A stretch of DNA of 64,000 nucleotides from Cyanophora paradoxa CCMP329. Its lineage: Eukaryota > Plantae > Glaucophyta. This document shows, piece after piece, positions 45,401 through 54,569 of this stretch (positions are counted from its first letter, which is position 1; each line of letters opens with the position of its first letter). Below the pieces are notes generated by a model. It was given only the letters and a program-made list of their open reading frames with translations, did no database searches and was not told where the DNA came from. Position numbers and translations under genes: made by a program. Location: assembly GCA_004431415.1 (NCBI GenBank), contig QPMI01000256.1, positions 25,131 through 89,130 of the forward strand, in the 5' to 3' direction.

Positions 45401-47648
45401 CGTGCTGGACGCGCCCCGGCCGCCCCCCGCCCCGGGCGCCTCGCGGGACGGGCGGCGCGAGCAGCGGGAGAAGGAGGAGGAGCGGCGGGCGCGGCGGCGG
45501 GAGCGGGAGCGGGAGCGGGATCGGCGGCGCTCGGCGGAGCGGCGGGAGGCGCTGGAGAAGAACCGGCGCCCCTCCTCCTCCTCCTCCTCCAAGGGGGCCG
45601 ACCGCGAGGCCCGCGAGCGGCAGCGGCGGAGCGAGAAGGATCGGGAGCGGCACCGGCACCGGCACGGGAAGGAGGAGAAGCGGCGGGCGTCGCCCTCGCT
45701 GGGCCTCGTGGCGTGGAGCGACGAGGGCGGGAGCGACTACGAGGACGCCGCCGCCCGCGAGCGCGACAACGAGCGCCGCGCCCGCCGCCGCGAGCGCCGC
45801 CGCCAGCGCGACGCCGAGCGCCGCGAGCGCCGCGCCAACCGCGCCGCCCGCCCCCCTACACCGGCCCCATCCTCCCGCCGCCCCCGGCTGCCATGCCCCC
45901 GCAGGAGGACTTCAGCCCGTTCTCCGTCGTGAAGCCGCCGCGGCAGCCCCGGGCCTCCCGCCGGCCCCGCCGCCCCGCGGGGCGAGCCGGCGGGGCGGCC
46001 CCCTGGCGACGCCCTCCTCGTCGGCGCTGCCGCCGGCCGGGGGCCAGCAGCAGTGCCACGCGTGCCTGGGGCGCCTGGGCCCCGGCTCGCAGGAGGCGCA
46101 GCGGGCGGCCTCGTCGGTGCTCTGCTCCACGCCGGGGTGCGGGCGGCGCTTCTGCGGGCGCTGCCTCCAGGCGAAGCACGGGATCAGCCTGCGCAAGGTG
46201 GAGCGCGCCGACTGGACCTGCCCCGCCTGCGTCGGCGTCTGCCGCTGCGCCGCCTGCCGCCCCCGCCCGCCTCCAAGAAGGCCCGCCCCGCCCCGCAACC
46301 CCCAGGGCCCCGCCCCGGCCCCGCCGCTCCCGCTCCCGCCCCGCCCCGCCCCCGCCGCCTCCTCCTCCGCCCCGCGCCGGCTGCGGCCCCGCGGCGGCCG
46401 CAAGCCCGACCCCGGCCCTCGCGCCCACCCCAGCCCCTGCCTCCGCCTCTCCCGCCGCCGCTCCATCGGCTCCCGCGCCCGCCCCGCCAGCTGCGCTCGC
46501 CTCGGAGCGGCCGCAGCGGCGCCCCGCCCCGAAGGCCCCCGCCCCCTCGCCCCTCCGCCCGCACCCCGGGCGGCTCCCAAGCCGGCGGCCAAGAAGCCGC
46601 CCCCCTCGCCGGGCTCCCCCCCCACGCCGGCCCCCGCCGCCCGCCGCCCCTCGACCTCCGGTGGACGCGCCCCGCGCCCCTCGGTCGCGGACAAGCAGCT
46701 GCAGCTGGGGCGCCCCGGAGCGCCCTCCGCGGTCCGGCTGCCCCCCTTCCCCGCCATCCTCCTCAAGGGCGCCCCCATCTGCTTCTCGACCATCTTCTCC
46801 CCCGCCGCCTTCCGCAAGGCCCTCGGCCTCCCCGCTCGCCCCTCTACCACCTCCGCGTCCGCATCCACCCCCGCCCCGGCCCTCTCCGGGTCGGGTGGCG
46901 GCGCACCTGCCATGGCCAACGGCAGTGCCCCCGTCAACGGCGTCGTCGGCGGCGGCGGGCGGGGAAAGCGGAAGGCGCGCGGGGGGGGCGGGGCGGAGGA
47001 GGCGGCCGGGGAGGAGGACGACGTGGCCGTCGCAGCCTGCTCCCTGCTCCTCTCAGCCGCCGCCGACGCCCGCGGCGGCCCCGGCGAGGCCCCCGACGCC
47101 CCAGCCGCCCTCTCCGACGCTGGCTCCGCGGCCGCGGGGACCGCTCAGGGCCAGGGCGAGGCGCCCCTGACGCCCCCCAAGAAGCGGGCCGCGCGGCTCG
47201 CGACGGCGGCGGAGGCGGCGGCCGGCGGCGGGCAGAAGCGGAGGCGCGAGGGCGAGGAGGAGGGAGAGGGGGAGGTGTCGGATGGGGGGCCGGCCCCCTC
47301 CCTCGCAGAGGCCTCCACCTCGTCCGGGGACACGGCGGAGGGGGCCCAGCCGCCCCCAACGCGGCGCGCCCGCACGGAGGCGCCCTTGCCCGGGGCCAGC
47401 GAGGAGCCGGCCCCCACTGTGGCGCCTCCCGCGGGGGAGCTTGGGGGGGCGCCCCGGGACGAGCTCGGCCTGACGGCCTCCGAGCGGCGCCAGCTCGAGG
47501 TACGCCTTTGACTTGCCCCGGGCCCGGCCCAGGCGCTCCCTCCGGAGTCCCAAAGCTCGCCTCTGAGCCCCTTGCACAGGCTCAGATGCGCGCTTTCGAG
47601 GAGCAGCAGGTCCGGCGGGCCGCACGGCGTGCTGCCGGGCTCCGTTGA
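42467..47648 (+). CDS. Histone-lysine N-methyltransferase, AWS-SET-postSET (ASHH/SETD2/ASH1-like, H3K36 type), with a C-terminal zf-4CXXC_R1-like finger
   Basis: AWS CDC...CHDESCIN|RMLNVEC...CRNTQIQ; SET GRGFGL, IEFVGE|VI, IDATIK|GNNARFINHSCKP, EYNF; postSET CLCGAPNC. Finger CHAC...CSTPGC...FCGRCL...WTCPACVGVCRCAAC at 46054-46257. Last exon ends AAGLR*. Start 42467 is inferred through an in-frame intron upstream of ATG 42665. Confidence 0.88.
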
Positions 47649-47899
47649 TTCCCCGCCCTACAGCTACCATGTGCTGTGCCCTTCTAGATCTTTTGCAATC
47701 GTTCATCATGGCCGCTCGAAACGCCACTGGCCACTCCGGGGTCCGAGCCTCATGATCAGCCGCAGAGAATTAATATTCGCCAAAGTGTGGCATAGCTTGC
47801 AGTTCTCTTCAAGGCTTCGCCCTCTTTTTCGTTCGTTTTTCGTGTTTGAACTTGCATTCGCATGCCCGCTCGGGGAGGGTATACGTATATATACCGACC

Positions 47900-48178
47900 A
47901 TGACCGACCATGCGGCGTTCGCTCGCAAGTTCGCCCGCTACTTCGGGGAATTCCCGCCCTACAGCCTGTCGTCGATCTGGCAGCAGGGCTTCCCAACGGA
48001 GGCCGCCGAGCGCTTCGCGCGCTTCGTTATGCAGCCTGTGGACTGCGCCGCCATGGTACGCGACATGCCTCGCGTGCGAGAGCACAAGCGCAAGCAGCAG
48101 CCAGGGCCGCGGACGCACTCCGCAGACGCGGGCGGCGACAAGCCCGTGCGCTCGCACAAGCGGAAGCGGAAGCCTTAA
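47900..48178 (+). CDS. Orphan intronless 92-aa ORF with a basic C-terminus (copy 1)
   Basis: MTDHAAFARKFARYFGEFPPYSLSSIWQQGFPTEAAERFARFVMQ...HKRKRKP*; GC3-rich codons in lower-GC flanks. Confidence 0.4.
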   Translation: MTDHAAFARKFARYFGEFPPYSLSSIWQQGFPTEAAERFARFVMQPVDCAAMVRDMPRVREHKRKQQPGPRTHSADAGGDKPVRSHKRKRKP

Positions 48179-48506
48179 AGCTTGCATTTTCATTAATTGA
48201 AGGGTTCAAATTTAAGGCCCGCTCAAGTTATCTGGGGCTTTCAGGCATTGAGGGCAACTCCCCGAAGGCAGTCGCCTCAGCCTCCATGCCGTATCTTCAT
48301 CACGGGATATTGTGATACTATAGTTGCGCAGTCTAGGTTTTCCAAGACTTGCCGGTTCAACTTCAGGGGAAAATTTATAAGCTTGGCGGCCCACGGGGCA
48401 TCCAGACACGTCGCGATCGGCAACTCGTTCGTCAAACAGAGGTGGGAGAGGGCGATCAGGCAATGCGAATGCCACTCTCAGGTTGAATAAACACCAACGA
48501 AGCGTC

Positions 48507-49762
48507 TTGGCCCTGAGGACCGACCCGCCGCGGCGCTCCGCCACCCCCAGCCCGGCGGCCTCAGGGCCTGCACTGCGGCAGCTGCAGCTGGCAGGCCCGA
48601 GCTCGAAAGCCCCCGCGCGGGCCCGGCCCGTCCCCTGCCGCTCCGAATCCTTCGCCCCCGCCCCGCGGCCGGCCCCGCTGCCTCCTCGCGATCGCCCACC
48701 ACCTCCGCCGTCTAGATCTCGGGATCCTTCTCCGCCCACATGCATGTGCTGGCCGGCGCCGCGCGCGGTCCCCGCGGCGGCCGCAAGCCCGACCCAGTCT
48801 CTAGATCTCGCGCCCGCCCCCGCCCCTGCCCCTGCCTCCACCTCTAGATCTAGATCTAGATCTAGATCTCCCGCCCCTGCACATGCTTCATCGATATTGC
48901 AAGGCCCTTGGCCTCCGGATCCCCGCCCCTGCCTCCGGATCCGCTCCGGTGCACGTGCCCGCCCCGCCAGCTGCGCTCGCCTAGGCCCCCCGCCCCAAGG
49001 CCCGCGCCCCCCTTGAGCTCGCCCTGCCGCCTGCATCCCGGGGGGCCTCCAAGCTGCGCATGCCGCCCAAGAAGCCGCATCCCGGCCGCCGGGCCCCCCT
49101 CGAGCTCGCCGGGCTCCTCCGGATCCTCCACGCCGGCCCTCGCCGCCCGCCGGCGCCGCCCCGGCCCTCGATCGCGACCTCCGGCACCGCCCCTCGACCT
49201 AGGCCTCCGGCGGGCGCGCACCGTGCCCCTCGTACAATTGCAAGAAGCTCGGACAAGCAGCCCTTCCCCCGGACCCTTCCTTCCCCCCCCCCTTCCTTCC
49301 CCCCCCCCCCCCCCCCGCCCCCTTCCTTCCTCCCCCCCGTCCCCCCCTCGGCCCCCGGCCCCCCCCCCCCCCCCCCCCCCGCCCGCCCGCCCCTCGAGCT
49401 CTCAAACTCCCGGCCATTCTCCTCGTGATCATGACCGGCCAAGGGCGCCCCCGGCCCATCTGCTGCCTGCGATCGCCTGCAGCTGCAGCCGCGCATCGCG
49501 ATCGGGTGGGTATATATACCTAATTATAAAGCGGAAGGTGCGTGGGGAACGGGGGGGCAGGCCGGGCCGGGGGAGGAGAACGATGTGCACGTGCCCCGGT
49601 GGCCGTACACAATGACGCGTCGCAATTGCAACCTGCTCCCTGCTCCTCTCCGCGCGCAGCTGCCGATCGCGACGCCCGTGCACGTACGCGTGGTGGCCCC
49701 GGCGAGGCCCCCGATCGCGACGCCCAATGGGCCAGCCGCCCTCTAGATCTCCGTGGGGATCC
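48507..49762 (+). pseudogene. Degenerate copy of the SET-gene 3' exon region (~46270-47137)
   Basis: Collinear anchors CCCCGCGGCGGCCGCAAGCCCGACCC, CCCGCCCCGCCAGCTGCGCTCGCCT, CGGACAAGCAGC, CAAGGGCGCCCCC, AAAGCGGAAGG and CCTGCTCCCTGCTCCTCTC, interrupted by palindromic insertions. Confidence 0.9.
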
Positions 49763-51131
49763 GGACCGCCCAGGGCCAGGGCGAGGCGCCCCTGACGCCC
49801 CCCAAGAAGCGGGCCGCGCGGCTCGCGACGGCGGCGGAGGCGGCGGCCGGCGGCGGGCAGAAGCGGAGGCGCGAGGGCGAGGAGGAGGGAGAGGGGGAGG
49901 TGTCGGATGGGGGGCCGGCCCCCTCCCTCGCAGAGGCCTCCACCTCGTCCGGGGACACGGCGGAGGGGGCCCAGCCGCCCCCAACGCGGCGCGCCCGCAC
50001 GGAGGCGCCCTTGCCCGGGGCCAGCGAGGAGCCGGCCCCCACTGTGGCGCCTCCCGCGGGGGAGCTTGGGGGGGCGCCCCGGGACGAGCTCGGCCTGACG
50101 GCCTCCGAGCGGCGCCAGCTCGAGGTACGCCTTTGACTTGCCCCGGGCCCGGCCCAGGCGCTCCCTCCGGAGTCCCAAAGCTCGCCTCTGAGCCCCTTGC
50201 ACAGGCTCAGATGCGCGCTTTCGAGGAGCAGCAGGTCCGGCGGGCCGCACGGCGTGCTGCCGGGCTCCGTTGATTCCCCGCCCTACAGCTACCATGTGCT
50301 GTGCCCTTCTAGATCTTTTGCAATCGTTCATCATGGCCGCTCGAAACGCCACTGGCCACTCCGGGGTCCGAGCCTCATGATCAGCCGCAGAGAATTAATA
50401 TTCGCCAAAGTGTGGCATAGCTTGCAGTTCTCTTCAAGGCTTCGCCCTCTTTTTCGTTCGTTTTTCGTGTTTGAACTTGCATTCGCATGCCCGCTCGGGG
50501 AGGGTATACGTATATATACCGACCATGACCGACCATGCGGCGTTCGCTCGCAAGTTCGCCCGCTACTTCGGGGAATTCCCGCCCTACAGCCTGTCGTCGA
50601 TCTGGCAGCAGGGCTTCCCAACGGAGGCCGCCGAGCGCTTCGCGCGCTTCGTTATGCAGCCTGTGGACTGCGCCGCCATGGTACGCGACATGCCTCGCGT
50701 GCGAGAGCACAAGCGCAAGCAGCAGCCAGGGCCGCGGACGCACTCCGCAGACGCGGGCGGCGACAAGCCCGTGCGCTCGCACAAGCGGAAGCGGAAGCCT
50801 TAAAGCTTGCATTTTCATTAATTGAAGGGTTCAAATTTAAGGCCCGCTCAAGTTATCTGGGGCTTTCAGGCATTGAGGGCAACTCCCCGAAGGCAGTCGC
50901 CTCAGCCTCCATGCCGTATCTTCATCACGGGATATTGTGATACTATAGTTGCGCAGTCTAGGTTTTCCAAGACTTGCCGGTTCAACTTCAGGGGAAAATT
51001 TATAAGCTTGGCGGCCCACGGGGCATCCAGACACGTCGCGATCGGCAACTCGTTCGTCAAACAGAGGTGGGAGAGGGCGATCAGGCAATGCGAATGCCAC
51101 TCTCAGGTTGAATAAACACCAACGAAGCGTC
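49763..51131. repeat. ~1.37 kb essentially identical tandem copy of 47138-48506 (offset 2625 bp)
   Basis: Identical translated ORFs at +2625, for example 47572/50197, 47846/50471 and 48197/50822. Confidence 0.95.
50525..50803 (+). CDS. Orphan 92-aa ORF (copy 2)
   Basis: Identical to 47900-48178. Confidence 0.35.
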   Translation: MTDHAAFARKFARYFGEFPPYSLSSIWQQGFPTEAAERFARFVMQPVDCAAMVRDMPRVREHKRKQQPGPRTHSADAGGDKPVRSHKRKRKP

Positions 51132-51893
51132 CAGCGCAAGGCCTGCTCCAGCCTAATCGCGAGGAGGGCCGCCCGGAGCCGCCGCGTACGCGCCCCCCGT
51201 TCTGTGCCAGCGCGTTGCGCGCAGCCCTACTACTGCGGCTGCCCGGCTTACTATGCGTGAAAGAGTCGGCGCGATGTCGATCGGCCGTGCGTGGGCGCTG
51301 GATCGCGAGGACGGCTGCGCTCTGGCCACCGGGTTGCCGTGACCTCGGCTCCGAAGCCAGTGCCAGCGTCCCGGTGCGTGTTTACGCATTCTGGTGCAGG
51401 TTTGCTTTCGCTTTCCCGTCGCGCGCATGCCCCGGCGCAGTTTCAGCGCCGGCATCCGGAACCTCGGAGCTGCTGCGCATGCGCGTGCCCGGCTTGACGT
51501 CGCTAGGCCACACCCAGCCCGCAAACAATGCTTAAGAGCCCGATGTTTGAGCAATTCAACTCGCTAGCGCTTGCCGGCCATCGGAAGGAGAGAAATCCTG
51601 CTTGCGCGCGCGCCGCGGCGCGCGTGCACACCGGCTCCAGCCGAGCTGCAGAGCTGAGCCGAGCGGTGCCGTCCGATCCGACTGTCGCGGGGCGCGGGCT
51701 CTTTTGGCTGCACTTCGCAGGTGCATGCATGCATTCGCAGTCCACGCTGCGGCGTGCAGCCAGCGCTGTAACTGTCCGCGCGGCGGAAAGAGGAAAGCAT
51801 ACGATCACCAACAGAGCCCTAGTCTAGTCCTGCCTACCTGTGCGGGGGCGGCGCGAGGGACATGTACAGTGCGCCCCGGGGCGGAGGCGCCGG

Positions 51894-54512
51894 CTATTCT
51901 GCCGCTGCCTTCTTCTTCTGCGCGGCCGGCGCGGTCAGGGGCGGGTCGCGCGGGCGATCGAATCTGCAGGGGAGAGCGCGCCTTCTTCTTAGGCTTCTCC
52001 TCCTCGCCGGCCGATGCCTCCTCCACCGCCGCCGCCTTCTTCTGCTTGCGCCGGCCGAGTCAAAAAAGGAAGGAGAGGGGGAGGCAGGCTCGGGGCGTTT
52101 CGGGGGCGGGGCAGGGCGGGCCTTTTTCTTGGGGGGCTCCTCCGCCGCCGCCGCCTCCTCCTCGGCCGCCGCCGTCGACTTCTTCTTCTTTTTCTTCTTC
52201 TTCTCGGCGTCTGCGCGACGACGAGGGGCGCCGACGGTCAGCGGAAGCCGGCGGCGGGGCGGGCGGGGCGGGGCGGACCGCCGTCGACGTCAAAGCCCTC
52301 GGCGCGGAGCTCGTCGATGACCTCGCGCATGACCTCGATGTTCTTCTTCGGGGCGACGCCCGTCTCGTAGAACTTGAGGCGCTCCTCCACCTGGTCCCGC
52401 AGCTTCTCCCCGAACCGCGTCGTCCCGCCCTTCTCCGTGAAGCAGTCGATCCGCGACGCGATCGAGCACTTGTTCGCCAGGTACCTGCCCCGCCCGCACC
52501 CTCAGCGCACCGCCCCCCTCCAGAACCACGCGGCCGGTGCGGCGCGGCGCAGCGCACCGGGAGATGCGGCCCTTGTTGCGGGCGGCGGCGCGGCCGATGA
52601 AGGAGGAGTGGAAGATGAGGCCGTACTTCGGCGTGTTGCCCTTCGTCTTCAGCGCCCTGCAGCAGGCTCAGGGGCCGCCGCGGGGCGTGTTCGCGGGGCC
52701 GCGCGGGGCGGGGCGGCACCGGAAGAGGGCCTTCTCGGCGCCGAGGATCTGCACCGTCGAGGCGGGGTACTTGGCGAGGCTGGCCGGGGGAGGTCAGGGC
52801 GGGGAGGCGAAGGCGGGGCGGGGCGGGGCGGGCGGGGCGGGGTGCCTGGTGAGGGAGCCGGCGTGCGCGATGAGGCGGGCGCCCACGAGCTCGCCGATGA
52901 GCGTCGAGAGGTTCGGCGCGACCTGGGGCGGGGCGTGAGGCAGGGCGCCGGGGGCCGCGGGCCGGCGGGGGGCGGCGCGCACGGCCTTCATCTTGGACTG
53001 GAGGTAGGCGAAGAGGTTCTTGCGGTACTCGGAGAGGCTCGCCACCCGCCCCGCGAACGCCTCGATGTTCTGCATGTCCAGCTGCGCCCCCCGGCTCGGG
53101 CCGGGCGGGGCGGGGGCGGGGGCGGCTGGTGGCGCGGGGGGGGGGGACCTCGGAGATGTCGGTGCCCATGGAGGTCTTCGCGGCGTCCACGATGGCCTTG
53201 GCCTTCTCCTGCGATCCGCAGGCCCCCGCCCCGCGTGAGCCCCGCCGCCTCCGCTTCCGCTACGAGGCGCGAGGCGCGGGGGCACCTCGTCGTCGACGAT
53301 CTCGATGATGCCGGGGATGCTCTCCTCGCTGAGCGTGTTGCGCGCCTTGATGAACGCCGCCAGCTTGGCGTACCTGCGAGGACACCCCCGCCGGCCAGCC
53401 GGTCGGCCACGGGCGCCGCCGGCCGCCGGCGGGGCGGGGGCGGGCGTACACGTAGTTGTCGCTGACGATCTTCACGAGCTCGGGGAAGTGCCACGAGTAC
53501 CACTCGCTGCCGCGAGGGAGGGTGAGGCCCCGCCGCGGCCGCGCCCGGCGGGAAGGCGGCGGACCGAATGCGCATGCAGAAGGTGTTGAGGTCCTTGTCG
53601 AGCTGGTCCAGCAGCGCGATGGCCTGCACGGCGGGCGCGTGAGAGGAGGAGGAGAGGAAGGAGGGGCCGGCCGGCGCGCCTGGATGATCATGTTGTCGAC
53701 CTTGTTGACGTTGAACTTGACCTTGCTACGCGAGTAGTTGTGCGCCAGCCCGAGCTGTGTCTTCTCCAGGTCCCCGTCCTTCAGCTCCGACACGAACCGG
53801 CTGCCCGCCGGCCCCGCGTCGGCGGCGCGGCCACGAGGAGCATCGACCGCCGCACCTGAAGTGCAGCCGGATGCCGCGGCTGATCTCCAGCACGGTGTCG
53901 TTCGACTCGCACGGAATGCTTAGCTCCTCGGCGATCGTGCTCGCTGCTCGGCGGGTCGGCGGGGCCGGCCGCGGGCGGCGGTTGCTAGCGCGGCTCGCGA
54001 GACCCACCCAGCTTCGAGTCGATCACGCCCAGCATGCACTTGCTCTTCTTTCCGGGCTTAGCCTTCGGCAGATTCATCTCCAAGAAGTTCTTCAGCGTCT
54101 CGTGCACAGTGCCTGCGAGCAAGGCGATCGGCGGGGGCGATCAGCACGCGGCGAATTGGGGGACAGCTGCCGCGCGCTCATGCCGCGCGATCCTCGCGGG
54201 TAGGTATGCAAGATAGAGGTGCCCCCAGAGCGTCGGGGCACGCATCGGGCGCACCCTCGTTCACCGCGCGGATGTTCTCCAACGCGTTCTCGGCGGACGA
54301 GAACGGCATGAACGCCTTCAGCCTCACGATCTGGCTGAAACGCTCCAGATCCACGACGGAGTTCTGGAGCTTGTCGGCGAGCTGCCCGATCTCATCGGTG
54401 TCGGTCTGCTCGAAGAGCGCATAGCCCGACGCGCTCTCGAAGAGCACGAAGCTCGTCTGCGCGATAGCCGTCAGCGGGGCGGGAGCGGGATGCCCGGGAG
54501 CGCGCGGACCAT
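51894..54512 (-). CDS. NOP56: Nucleolar protein 56 (box C/D snoRNP core protein)
   Basis: M|[40 protein letters not shown]|[80 protein letters not shown]|[16 protein letters not shown], followed by a Lys/Glu-rich tail. Confidence 0.96.
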
Positions 54513-54569
54513 GATCGCGCCGCCAGTAAGGAATCGCGGGTTCGGCTCCGGAACGGATGTATTTGCGGG

